Shown in pieces: positions 26,915-39,961 of a stretch of 64,000 nucleotides of DNA. How positions within the stretch are numbered: position 1 is the stretch's first letter; every line of letters starts with the position of its first letter. The stretch is from Octopus vulgaris (Eukaryota), in NCBI GenBank assembly GCA_951406725.2, contig OX597819.1, positions 63,116,001 through 63,180,000 on the forward strand, in the 5' to 3' direction. The notes under the pieces were generated by a model that saw only the letters and a program-made list of their open reading frames with translations, was not told where the DNA came from and did no database searches. The translations under genes and the position numbers were made by a program.

Positions 26915-27125
26915 ATATGTAATTAATCCTTCCGAAACGGGGAAAGCCACAAGAAAAACAAACAATGCGAGGACGTGGTACATGCAAAGTATTAAAAGAC
27001 ACTCAGCGAAGGAAAGAAAGGTTGTTTTACGTTTCGAGCAGAGTTCTTCGTCAGAAACAGGAGGCAGAGGAAAGCCCAAGAGAAAAGGAAGACGGAGGAA
27101 AAAATCGCCAACAATCCACATGTCT
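26915..27125 (-). mobile_element. Short HHR-bearing element
   Basis: Contains the HHR at 27023-27059. Its 3' end (…GTCCTCGCATTGTTTG…GGATTAATTAC) resembles the stub at 39112-39160(+). Confidence 0.6.
27023..27059 (-). ncRNA. Minimal type I hammerhead ribozyme
   Basis: TGTTT CTGACGA A GAAC-tct-GCTC GAAA CG TA AAACA: 5-bp stem I, intact core, ACGT palindromic stem III, GUA triplet. Confidence 0.8.
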
Positions 27126-27565
27126 TACATTTTGAAATCATATATATATATATAAACAAAGTTATTTTATTCTACATGGGTTAAAATATAGAAAATCGAA
27201 GTTGAAAATACATTGGTATCCACTTAGATTATTTTTATTTTCTCTGATTTTCAAAAGTGGAGATAGAAAGCCGTGAAACTATGCTGCAACTGCATTGCAC
27301 CTGAGTAGAATTGAAAAATTGTCTTGTTTTTATAGAGAGAACATGTCTTAAATTAGTATCCGTTTTGAGTAAGGTTTGATTGTTCGAGGAAAATTATATG
27401 ATCAGGTTTAGAAACTTTCGTAAGATCTCCGCTACGTCCGTTCGTTAATGCCATGTGACAATATGTTTGGTGTCGTTAATTGGAGCTGTCACGGCCGAGT
27501 GGACATGTTAGAGGCAATTCTTACAGTCAAGGCTATTTGAGTTTTATCTGTCAAATGTAGTAGAG

Positions 27566-30082
27566 CAGGCATATTAAAATGAGCGTGCCACGAGGGTCAT
27601 ATGGGTCACATTTGTGTTGCCATGATGGCCGTACTCGCTTCATTTATAATTGAAGTCATTTAATAAAAATTATTGCAGTATATTTTTCTTATTTACACTG
27701 AGAAACATAATATGATTTGGCCACATTCAAGACGGCAAAGTAATGAAGTAGTTTAACAAAAGAAAGCAGAAACGAAATTTTAAACGGCAACTTAGATTTG
27801 AATATAACAGCAACAAATACATTGTACAAAAATTACAATAGTTCAAAATGAATATTTATTTACGACTGTTCAAACAGTTTTAGTGTTTTGACCTGAGGCT
27901 TGACATCTCGTTTTGCAGACAATTTTTGGTATGTCTGGCTGAAATGTCTGTGCTGCTCTGAGTTTGATCAGAGATGATAATTGTTGATCAGTCTGCCTTG
28001 TTCTCTGAGAAGTCTTTGTTGATTTCATGAAGGAAAATAACTGCTTACACACATAGGTAGAACCAAACATTCCTGTAAACCTTGTGGAAAACTCTCTCAG
28101 GTTTTTTAAATTTTCAGGTAGGCATGCAAAGACACCACGTATCCCCGCTTCAAAATACTTTGCTGTGAGTGAAGAATTCGACTGCGTTTCTAATAGTTTC
28201 ATCTGCAGGCTTTTTTCTACCTTAGCAATATCAAAGGTGAATGGTGCTGAGAATAAAGTAAACTGATGTTCAAAAGATGAGAAATCACGAAATCGTTCCT
28301 GAAATTCTGTTGATAACAATTCCAGGTGACTGTTATACTTAGCAAAGCTAAGTATAATCTCAGCAAAGTATAGTATAGAATCAGTATCAGCAGCATTTTT
28401 CAGCTCTTTGCACTTAGGAAAATGAACTGAAGTTTTATTTAACGACTGTGATTTCCATAAGCTTAATTTTGGAATGATACACTTGATGTCATCATACAAC
28501 TGAGCAATGAGTTTGCTTTTACCTTGTAATTTCAAATTGAGATCAGTTAATTGTGAAGTATTGTTCTCAGCAAAATCCAGATCCTGGGGCCCACTCTCAT
28601 CCTTTATTTCATCGTCAAACACATAATTATTTTTTGTCTCAACAAGCAAAATATTTTCAGCACTTTGTGGCATGACAGCCAGCGGACCTCTGTGAAATAT
28701 GGAACTAATTATCCATATCTTCCAACAACTGGCTGAAGGGACGGTGGTTGAGAGCACGGCCTTTGATATAGTTCATTGTCTTTGTGACTAAACTAAGCAC
28801 ATGATCCAATTTCAAAATCATTGAACACAAATTTTGCTGATGAATAATGCAATGAAAGTGTGCAAATGATGAATCCGTATGCAAATTGTCTATTTATGTT
28901 CGTAACTTGGCAGCAACACTATTATGTTTGCCAAGCGACGGTAGATAAGCATGCAAATTTACTCGAATCAAAACTATAGTCATGCAGAAGCTTTTCGACT
29001 TACTCAAATATGTCCTGGCTTTTTGTTGTGGCATGTATGGAGATCAGTTCAATTAGTTCATAACAAAGCTGTGCCCTTCCAGTGATGTCAACTGTCTCAT
29101 CAATAGCAATAGAAAGATTTTCAAATCTTGATGATGCGGCTTTCAAATGCTGTTTTAAATCACCTGACATTTCATCAATCCGCTCAGCAAGTGTTCCTGA
29201 TTAATGAAATATCTTTGAATAAGCGTGCCTTCTCTGGGCACACAATTTCAGCTGTTTTTACAAGTTATTGCTTTACGAAATCTCCTTCACTGCAAGATTT
29301 CCAGTTCATGGCGATCATTCGGCTGAGTTCGTAGCTTGCAGTAACGGAAGCGACATTTCCTTTCTGATTTTTCCTAAAACAAGTCTGTTGTTGTTCTGTG
29401 GATAGCCTTCAATTCCACGAGTCTCGAAACACACATTGGATATTCATATTTATCGAAAGATGGATGTTTCGATTCATAATGTCTTTTAAAGTTGTACTCT
29501 TTCGGCGTGGCAAATGCTGTTGTTGCCAATTAAACGATGTATTTATCTAACCACCGTTGTGCAAAACTACTGTAACTCCCAGTTTTCTTGAAACACTCGC
29601 CCTTCTTCGTTTAGCTTTGTTTTTCTCTTTGCCGGAGAAGCTCTAGCCATTTTAAAGACGTAATAGATTTGTAAGGTTACTCACCGGAAATGCGTCTACT
29701 CCCTGGAAATGCAGCACACCGAGGCAGAATCGCAGGACACAGACAATGCAAGGCTTGAATGCACTCTCTTAACTCAAGTCCACCAGATGAGAATTTAACG
29801 AATGACGAAGAGAAGGGAGAATGCACTCGTATGAACGTTGGCAGGTATATACCACTATGTGCAAACTTCTGTAACGTTCGATGTACGAAACATCTGGAAC
29901 CTCGGATTAGCAGTTGCTGATAGGAGCCTCGAGTAATTGTATAACTTTATTCTTGCCTGTAATCAAACCCAGATCCGATGAGCCCAGTGCGATCGTGGGG
30001 AAGGGGCGGCCGTTTGTACGGGCCGCAGGTGTGCTTACAATGGGCTGCATGCGGCCTGCAGGCTGTATGTTTGATAAGCTTG
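27566..30082 (-). mobile_element. hAT DNA transposon (Charlie/Buster type), decayed
   Basis: Ends CAGGCATATTAAA.../...TTTGATAAGCTTG with GCGGCC-rich subterminals. 8-bp TSD TAGTAGAG (27558-27565) / TAATAGAG (30083-30090) fits nnnTAnnn. Confidence 0.9.
27870..29650 (-). pseudogene. hAT transposase (GTF2IRD2/Buster-like), frameshifted
   Basis: N-terminus MARASPAKRK…EEGRVFQENWE; LNLKLQGK; EFQERFRDF; MFGSTYVCKQLFSFMK dimerization motif. Confidence 0.9.
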
Positions 30083-30929
30083 TAATAGAGGAAAATCTCG
30101 TGATTAGTAGTAGTCTTAGGAATGTTTGTAGGTTCCCCACTACGCCCGTGCGTTAACATGTGACAATATATTTTGCATCGAAAATCAAGGCTGACACGGT
30201 TAAATGAATATGTCTCGTTACAGTCCCAAAATAAGTTTCTCTAACTTTAATCTGTCGAGCGGTAGAGGGGATAGGAATCGTTTCAATGCAGTCTAGTGGT
30301 TGAATAACTATGTTTTGTGTCTATGTATGCAGGTATGAAATATAGAGCTACTAAGAGTCTTGTTCCTGACCATTCAACACTTATGTGTATATCAAGAATC
30401 TGCCAGTTAGCCGTCAGGATTGTGTCGAAAGTTTAGGTTGTTAGCTGTATAGATTCAGCATGTTAAGTAGTAGAATGATTTTGTGAGTGAACAGCTGTTT
30501 GTGAATAGAAATTGTTAACGTGCATTCAGTCTTCGTTTGTACTTTTCTATGAATATATTTTTTGTTTCTCTGTGCTTCGCCCGTGGTGTTGACTGAAGAA
30601 AGGTAAATTGGAAAGACTTGGTACTTGGGAGACATATTTATTGCACTTCTGTCTATGTGTCCACTGAGTGGTATCTGCCTCGTACAGGAGTCTCGTATTT
30701 GTTGTCTATGAATAGTAAGTTTGTTTCTAAGAGTGAGTTTCGTTTTGAAAAAGTAAGAACGGGAAAAATAATTATAGACAGAAAGAATCCCAATCCAAAT
30801 CAACAAATTCAATGCAAAAGAAGACGAAATAACAGAAAATACCAACGGATACATAATAACAAATTTGAAAGATCGCTTTTTAGACGCAACCGTCAGAACT
30901 CTCGACACCCGATGGTATCAACCGAAGAT

Positions 30930-31800
30930 CAGAAACCAAATACAATTAACCTTTAAAAATTTTTTTACTCAGTACAGGAAATTAATATTCTCTCTAAAGA
31001 CATAAAATTCACTCCAAACACCTACCTCCAATGAAATACACGACAATATATTACAGTTTTCTAACATGTTCCGCCTAATAGGAATTATTTGATTGAAATC
31101 AGGATAAATTACTTGTGAGAAACGAAAGCAATTACAAGCCCACGAAATGTAAGAATGAAGCACTTGCTAAATTTTGCAATTTTATATACACCTTCCCATA
31201 CACAGAACTACCACATCCTAAAATCAAACCCAATACCAGCCGAAAGTAATGGGAAATTATACATGAACTCGAAAACAATAACAACTTTATATTTGAAGAA
31301 GAAGATGCGGAAGTGCTATAATTATTCTGGATGTTGAACACTACAAAGGTGCTATATAACCTCTACTGCAAGATAAGGCCTATTACGAAAAGGTGAACAA
31401 TTACCAGATATTAAAAACGATGATAAAATTGAACACACTCAGTCACCGCCGTCAAACTGGCTTAACAAGTAAAAAAATGTGAGTATCTAATTCATTTTGA
31501 GTGCTACTTCTACGCTCTCCCCAAATTTAATAAGAACCAAACCATTAAGGTTACTTGTAAAGAATCAACTTCAAATTACTTAAACATACAACGGCCAACT
31601 GACCAAAGATTTAGAGCAAATGTAGCAGGTCCAAACTGTGAAGCAGACGGACTCAGCAGCTGTTTTAGATATATTATTAAAAGCTATTTTAAAACACATA
31701 CCGAGTTTTGCAAGAGACGATCTGAACTTGTTAAACCATCTCCGTTAATTCGTCAACAAAGATACCATTATTGTATCAGTTGATTTAATGAATCTAATAC
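30930..31800 (+). pseudogene. Penelope-like element reverse transcriptase, decayed and 3'-truncated
   Basis: Motifs in the expected order: EINILSKDIKFTP (30978), FYALPKFNK (31508), VAGPNCE (31622), LDILLKAILKHIPSFARDDLNLLNHL (31665), TIIVSVDLMNL (~31765); multiple stops and frameshifts. Confidence 0.8.
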
Positions 31801-32140
31801 GAATTTCTGGTCTCTTGTTTATAACTTCAGCAAGCAAATTACTTGCTGATGCAAACAGATAATAGATGGTCATGTTCAATGTGAACAGCGACAGCCTCAA
31901 ATTCTCCTTCCATTAACTAACAGAGTGTGTCATGAGCAAACATTTGCTTACAAGGAGAAATTGTTCTCCAAAGATGAAACACAACAGCGATTCGCATATG
32001 TACGTTCGAATCTGCCGCAAAATATTAAGAATTAGTTTGCGATTCATCGTTTCGATTCTCGCACTCCCTATCACCATCCGACCACACTACCGGATATACA
32101 TTCATACAACTTTGTTTCATGTATTTAAAATATGAACATA

Positions 32141-32988
32141 CGAGGTTGTATCAAAATTGTTCGAGGACTAGTTATGTTTAATTAAAAAAATAACTTATTT
32201 ACCTAAGTTCTGACAAAATATCCTTCGAAATTATCGACTTGTACAGCGACATACCGGTTCCATGAGCGAGTTCAGGACCTTCTGCGATTCGCCATATAAA
32301 AGTATTAAAACGGCAACCTTTGAGTTGCATTTTCATCTTGGGAAAGAGATTAAAGTCCACAGGTGTTAGATCTGTCGAATAGGGAGGTTGCGGAAGTATT
32401 GCCGTCTTGTTTTTTTTGGGAGAAACTTACGGGTGAGAAGAGCTCAATGACAGGTTGCATTGTTATCGTGAAGAAACCAATATTTTGCCCTCAACAGATC
32501 CTATTTCTTTTGCTGAACGTCTTCCTCGAACATTTCAAAACGTCGCAGCAGAAATCTCGATTGCTGGTCTGGCATTGGAGGACGGATTCTCGAAGTACAA
32601 TTCCAGAAGTGACTCGCGTGATAGCTCTTCCATATTGCTCATTGTCTTCCAGGGAAGTTCTTCCACATTTGAAGCAAACGTGCCATTCGAAATATAGCGT
32701 ACAACCCATTGCGTCGTTGCCATAAGCTTGCTGAAGTTTGTAGCAGACTTCCCAAGTTTATCGCAAACTTTCATGTTGGCTCTTTGTACCTGTCCATGAT
32801 ACAATCGCGGGCTACAGAACATAGTAATCACAAATCTCCAAATTTCACAACTTGCGAAGTAAACAACGTTTCCACTCGGTTCACTGCCTCACGAAAGTCA
32901 CTGCTAGCTCACGTTGCACACGCAACCGTGTGCTGTCATATGTTGCCGAGCTACAGAACTAGTTCGGGAAAATTTGTATACCGTCTCG
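32141..32988 (-). mobile_element. Mariner (DD34D) deletion derivative
   Basis: TA-CGAGGTTGTATCAAAA.../...TTTGTATACCGTCTCG-TA TIRs. Minus strand QRANMKVCDKLGKSAT, WFLHDNNATCH, PPYSTDLTPVDFNLFPKMK. Confidence 0.88.
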
Positions 32989-33694
32989 TAGAAATCTTAG
33001 TAGAAATCTTCCTTATATTCTTCATGATTCAATAGGATCACTCTCCTCTATGTATAAAATTCCTCAGTGTATTAAATTCCGATTTGTGATTGAATTTTTC
33101 ATAAGCAACTTGTAAATCGTTTTTTCACTTATAATAATATCTCTTTTGCTTCGTTTCATAAATTCAAGTATGGAAGAAATATAAATAAATTAAAAAACAA
33201 ACATAAGAACTAACAACAAGAACAACAGCAATAACAACACAAACGTACACAAATTATTGCTTTGAAGTAGACATATTCTCACAGTGCCTACCGAATTCCC
33301 GCAAGATTTCACAAGATTTTTGAATCCACAAAATTAAATATTTATTTAATTATTTAATTATTTTTTTGGAAGAAGTCAGCACACTGACGTTATTTTGTAA
33401 AAGGACGTATAAAGCTTAAAATTTTGATTGTTACGTTATTATTCGAGAGATGCAAAAGATACGAATCCTAAATTTCAACTTATCTATCAGGAATATTTTA
33501 CTAGTAATCCGAAATTAAGGTGGTGTTAAAAAATTTCAACAGTTCAAAGCCCTCTATATCTGTGTTCCTTTTACTTGTCTTCCTTTGTCACTTTCACTAT
33601 TTCATATTACATCAGCTATCAATATACATACACATACACACACAAAACACACACAACACACATACATACACACACACATTTATCCACATATATA

Positions 33695-33766
<72 letters not shown>

Positions 33767-33936
33767 CACACGTACACATACACCTCTCTATATATGTACA
33801 GACAGACATATCATCACATGTGTGTATGAAACTACACACATCCATGTATGTGCATATTCACTTCCATATACGTATATATGTATATACATGCATATATATA
33901 TATGCATGTATATATATATGTATATATTTGTATATA

Positions 33937-33967
<31 letters not shown>

Positions 33968-34021
33968 TTGTAATTTGTATATATATATATATGTATATAT
34001 TTGTGTATATATATATATATA

Positions 34022-34108
<87 letters not shown>

Positions 34109-34664
34109 TTATATTACTCACATGCTGCTCACCAGCTCTTATCGTGAAATCACAGACTTTTCAAATAAATTTATTTTGTTTGAACTTCAATGGGGGATTT
34201 AAATATTCATTGACAACTGCATTTTAATTTAAGTGACTCAAGTGGCCATAATTCTTTAAGACTATTAAGTGGAACATCACAGAAAAATATTAAGCTACCT
34301 ATATTTTCAAAATATTTTAAGTATCGCATATGGAAACGTATATTCATAATTTGCTTAATTTCCCTGTAATGTTTGTGGTTGTTGTTCCTTTCATCCATCA
34401 CGTTTATATTATTAAATCTTTACTGCCTTTGAACCATTTTTAATTGATGTCGATATTAGAACATATAGTTAGACACGTCTACTTATTGTCCCATAATAGT
34501 TTAGTATTGAATTCTCTACTTTAATAATTGGATCTTTACGTTCTGAGCTCAAGACTCACCGATGTCAACGCCCCCTTTTTATCCTTGCAGTCAAAGACGG
34601 TTAATAAACTAAGCAGGCATGAGTTGAGGTCAATATAGTTGCCTTTCACGTCTCCTAATAATTT

Positions 34665-34692
34665 CCTCCTCCTCCTCCTCCTCATCATCATC

Positions 34693-34732
<40 letters not shown>

Positions 34733-34743
34733 GTATTTTAGAA

Positions 34744-34818
<75 letters not shown>
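34665..34818. repeat. (CCT)/(ATC)n/(ATT)n microsatellite
   Basis: Directly visible; further (ATT)n at 35873-36125 and 36308-36380. Confidence 0.95.
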
Positions 34819-34819
<1 letters not shown>

Positions 34820-35872
34820 TATGTTTGACTTTTGCTTTGCATTTGTACAAGTTGGCTCCAAGTCTCACCCAGAGACCTCAAGAGACAACAGGTTGGAAGT
34901 TTATGTTGTTGTTATGCCTAGTGTGCCATATATATATATTTTTTTTTTGGTGTTGTACTAGTGAATGTCCAAAGAAAAAAACGAAAATTATGTTTGTTTT
35001 AAACCCTGAGATTACATTGAAAGTATTTTGCGTAGGATATGAGCAGTTCCCATGAGCACTATCTTATAAATTTCTGCCATTTTGGGGTTTCCTGGTATCT
35101 GAGTTAGGTAGCAATCAGCCCCTTTCACTATCATTCCCAGGGCACCTATGACAACAGGTATTGTTTTAGTTTTCAGGTTCCAAGTTTTGCTGATTTCTAT
35201 TTCAAGATCTTTATATTTGCTCAGTTTTTGGTAGGTCTTGACAGATACGCTTATATCGATTGGGACAGTCATATCAATGAGGAGGCATGTTCTTTGTCTG
35301 ACGTTTTTCAATATGATGTCTGGCCTATTTGCATCTATCTTTCTGTCAGTTTGAATGGTGAAGTTCCAGAGGAGTGAGATGTGGTCATTTTCAAGCACTG
35401 GAGGTGGTTTGTGGGGCAAATCCAGGTTTTTCATGGGACAAATCCTATTTTTTTGCAAATTACCCAGTGAATATATTGTGCAGCTCTATCATGCCTGTTG
35501 AAATACTCTGTAGGCGCTAGAAGACTGCACTTGGAGACAACATGATCAATGGTTTAATTTTGTTGTTGACATACACGACATGTTGGGCTACTGCCGTTCT
35601 TTAATATGTCGGCCTGGTAGTTTCTTATTGGTAGGCATTGATCTTGACCTGCTATGATAAACCGTTCTGTTTCAGATTTTAAGCCAGAGGCCATTAGCCA
35701 TTGTTGGGTCACGGCTTTGTCAACATTTGCATTATTCGTTCTCTTTGGGTATTTGCCATAGAGAGGTTTTTCTTGCCATTTATTATTCAGAATATCTAAG
35801 GCCGCAGTTTTAGCACGGGTTTTCATGCGCTTAGCTTTTTCTGTGCTTGTTTCTTGTATATCTAATTCCGAA
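34819..35872 (-). mobile_element. R4/Dong-like non-LTR retrotransposon, 5'-truncated, in (TAA)n
   Basis: CRVCQQQN*TIDHVVSKC zinc knuckle, RHD, NRPDIIL...LIDMTVP...KLSKYKDL...IPVVIGALG RLE domain; (TAA)n on both sides. Confidence 0.9.
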
Positions 35873-35928
<56 letters not shown>

Positions 35929-35981
35929 TACTATTACTATTATTATTATTATTATTATTATTAGTACTATTACTATTATCA

Positions 35982-36012
<31 letters not shown>

Positions 36013-36048
36013 TACTATTATTATTATTATTATTATTATTACTATTAC

Positions 36049-36093
<45 letters not shown>

Positions 36094-36125
36094 TACTATT
36101 ATTATTATTGTTATTATTATTATTA

Positions 36126-36307
36126 AGTGAGAGAACAGTGCATGCCATCAAAGTGACACTGGGGTAAAATATACGAAGCCCAGTATGCCCATCATGACTA
36201 CCTGTCTGATAAGGTACACCAGGCATATGCATCACAACTATATGTGTGCGATATGATCTCATATCAAGATAAACAGCGCATGACCTTGCAGGTGAGGCCC
36301 AGTTAGA
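36126..36307. mobile_element. Short non-coding insert between (TAA)n tracts
   Basis: ~180 bp of complex sequence bracketed by (ATT)n; family not identified. Confidence 0.45.
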
Positions 36308-36378
<71 letters not shown>

Positions 36379-36380
36379 CA

Positions 36381-37589
36381 TTTTCTGTTTAGCACAGGTT
36401 TTATTGGAGCTCCAGGATTCTTGCATGCGTAGCGGAATTGCTACCTGCAGCCCACGGTACCATGTTATTTGATCTTTTCAGTTAATATTTTCCTGTTTGT
36501 TCTGACCCTGCCAAGGATGCAAACCTTTTGTAACAGTTCTACTGTGTACTCTGTTCCAATTTACTTTATATTTTTCTTGATGCCTTCTGATACACTACCC
36601 AAGGATCCTAAAATAATTGGCACTATCTTCACCTATATTTTCCATAGCCGGGCTATTTCGTACTTAGGAGGGTTGTAGCTGTCTGTCTTTTCGCCTTCTT
36701 TCTTGACTATTCGTGGGTCAAAGGAGCATGCAACAGCAGCTATATAACATACGTGGTGCACATCGTCTACCACCACTAGATCCGGGCTGTTATGCTCCTG
36801 ATCTATTTGGATTCGCAAATCCCAGAGGATTTTGCTAGTCTCCGACTCAGCCACTCTCTGCGGTTTGTGCTCTTACCACATCTTGCCACCATCTAACCTC
36901 AACTTTTCACAGTTTCCAATGGAGCCCTTTCGTTACCTGGTCGTGTCGCCATAACTTGTAATGATTTTGAGCAAGTCTAGGGCATTCGTTCATGATATGG
37001 GTAAATGATTTTATCCACTCTATTGCAGATGCGGCACAGCACTGACACATGCTCATTCCTAAGGTAGACCCGCCAGTTTGTAGCCAAAGCTTGGTCTTGC
37101 GTTGCCAGTATAGTGCTCTAGGTCTCTTTTTTTAGGGTTTCTTTCAACAGCCAAAGCCACTTGCTTTTTCCAGCATCTTCTTGCGTAATTCTTCTTCATG
37201 TCCCTTTTCTACTTCTTCCTTTGTTTTCCTTTATTTCTCTGCCCTAAGTATCCCTCGTTCCTAACTGTCACCAGTAGAGTTTCTTTAATTTGAGCTAGGT
37301 ATCTCATTAAGTTCTCAAGTCCGATACGCACGCGGTGTTCCACACATATCAGTCCCCTTTCCCTATTGCTCTCTTCATGTATTGGCGATCTGTATCTGCA
37401 CGTGGATGATGGTCTCCATGGATCGTTAGGAGTTTTCTTGACTTCCTGTCCATCTCCTTTATCTCCTCCTCTGTCCATTTCAGGATTCCAGTGCCAAACC
37501 GAACTACTGCGACTGCGCACGAGTTTATTGCCGAAATTATGTTTTTAGCATTCAGCTTTGAAGCCAGTATTTTCTCACTCGCCGCAGGT
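36381..37589 (-). mobile_element. Second, older R4/Dong-like LINE fragment
   Basis: KILASKLNAKNIISAINSCAVAVVRFGTGILKWTEEEIKEMDRKSRKLLT (post-RT), WRHDQV, KILWDLRIQ…SPDLVVVD, VPIILGSLG; many frameshifts. Confidence 0.85.
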
Positions 37590-37638
37590 ATCATCATCAT
37601 CATCATTTGAACAAAGTACTGTGCATTGACATGAAAGT

Positions 37639-37775
37639 CTTACGTGTCGTAGCTTTACGTGTTATAGCCTTACATGCCGTAGTCTTACGTGTTATAGCCT
37701 TACATGTCGTAGCCTTACGTGTCGTAGCCTTACGTGTCGTAGCCTTACGTGTTGTAGCCTTACATGTCATAGCCT
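37639..37775. repeat. 15-bp minisatellite (TTACGTGTCGTAGCC)n, ~9 units
   Basis: Directly visible; explains the RKATT/VVALR ORFs. Confidence 0.9.
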
Positions 37776-38070
37776 TGAGGCATAACATTTTAAAAATTCT
37801 ATCAGTTTCAAAATATTTATTAGTTGATACAATTTTAGGCGATTTACTCTCATGACCGAGAAATACCGTAATGGTAATATAACTGAGGTTAACATTTCTG
37901 TAATATGTACTTCACAGAATATATGGAGCAGTTCAGTCATCAATTAGTGCCAACATCTAACTGTAAAGAGACATAAAACTTATATGGTCAACCTCTTCAT
38001 CTTTTTGTCCAAACGCGCGCGCTCACACACGTACACTCACACACACACGCACACACATACACACACACAA

Positions 38071-38103
<33 letters not shown>

Positions 38104-38179
38104 TATAAATCTCCAGAGCTGCTACCATGCTGGGATATTGCCGTTAGCTTTGCTACACATTCACTATTTGAAACTTCTA

Positions 38180-38217
<38 letters not shown>

Positions 38218-38375
38218 TTTATTTTGTTTGTTAGGAAATAAAAATTACGGCGTCACAGGGGGTCAAATTATTCTCAATGAGGAAATATATAATTTTCCAT
38301 TTAGAGATAGTAGGCCCCTTCATCACACCATATAAAATAATTTTAATTTAATTTAATACTTACCACATATATCTG

Positions 38376-38462
38376 GGCTACATGTGTTTCTTGCGGTTCC
38401 TTTTCCGGTTCCTTAACCACGCCGTATTTTGCAGGAACCGTTCTAACCCCAATCATCAGGCC
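38376..38462 (-). ncRNA. Type I hammerhead ribozyme with extended stem II
   Basis: GGC CTGATGA TTGGGGTT..CGGTTCCT-loop-AGGAACCG..AACCGCAA GAAA CACATG TA GCC; intact core, GUA triplet. Confidence 0.8.
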
Positions 38463-38543
38463 TCCACATCACTTTATCATACTTTGATACTAAAAACTAT
38501 ATTTTAATTTTAAACATATAAGTATACTTATAACACACACACA

Positions 38544-38601
<58 letters not shown>

Positions 38602-38737
38602 GATAGATAGAGAGATAGATATATATATAGATAGATATATAGATAGATAGATAGAAAGACAGATAGATAGATAGACAGATACATAGATAGATAAACAAAT
38701 AGATAGATAGATACATACATATATACATATATATATT

Positions 38738-38915
38738 TTATTCTTTTATTTGTTTCAGTCATTTGACTGCGGCCATGCTGGAGCACCGCCTGTAATCGAA
38801 CAAATCGACCCCAGGACTTATTCTATCGATTCCTTTTGCCGAACCGCTAAGTTGGAAGGTAAACACACCAATATCGGTTATTAAGCGATGGTAGGGGGAC
38901 AAACACAGACACACA
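38738..38915 (-). mobile_element. SINE family B tail
   Basis: TTTCAGTCATTTGACTGCGGCCATGCTGGAGCACCGCC...GCCGAACCGCTAAG. Confidence 0.85.
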
Positions 38916-38963
38916 AACATACATATATGTATCTATCTATATATCTAGCTAGCTAGCTAGATA

Positions 38964-39040
<77 letters not shown>

Positions 39041-39074
39041 ATAAGAGATATATACACACACACACATATATATT

Positions 39075-39109
<35 letters not shown>

Positions 39110-39961
39110 ATGTTCTCGTGTTGTGTTTTCTCTTTGTGTTTTCATGCTTGGATTAACTATATATATATACACACACATCCATACCTTCATCCATACGCAA
39201 TTGCCTGCTTGTCGTCAGGTTTCTTTTCCCAGGCATCAAACGCTAGCTGATGGACAGCAATAGTCAATGTTTAACCTTTCCATATTACATGTGAATATAT
39301 AAAATTCAGTGAACGGAAGATTTTTATCTACTTCGATATCAAACATTCTAATGTTAAATAAATAACAAGAATTGCATACTATGTTATGTGATATGCACTC
39401 GTTTGTTTTTGAAGTTTCCTTTTAAATGTCGCCATCATTAGACATTTGATACAATGATCATCTGTAAAATTTAGCTTATGTATAATGCAGTTTGTTTTCC
39501 TCTAAGGAACGCAAGTAATATACCCCCTCATACTTCAAATTGCTTAGGCATCCTCTCTCATTTTTTCTTACCTTTTTCTATCTATATACATGTATACATA
39601 AGGGATCGAGCTGGCCGTATCGTGAGAAAGCCGGGCGAAACGATTACCGGCATTCCGTTCGTCTTTCCGCTCTGATTTCAAATTCCGTCGAGGCCAAATT
39701 TGCATTTCATTCTTTCGAAGTTGATGAAATAGTTAATGAAACAGTTGATCACGGCGGTGAAAGTAATTGACGTATACCCTTCTCCGAAATTGCTGGCTTG
39801 GTACCAAAATTTAAACTATAACTTCTGGCTGACCAAAGCCTTGGGGAAGTCGTTTTCGACTTTGTCATCCTCCCGCGGTTGATAAAATTATCGACTAGTC
39901 ACTCACCCCATCCCGAAATTGCTTGGCTTGGTTGATGCCAAAATTTGGAACTAATATATCT

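Noticed and set aside
37639-37775. CRISPR-like array
   Set aside because: Head-to-tail units with no unique spacers; eukaryotic context; no cas genes.
37840-37970. Sushi-like peptide ISVICTSQNIWSSSVIN on the plus strand
   Set aside because: In-frame stop before the expected cysteine and no partner exons.
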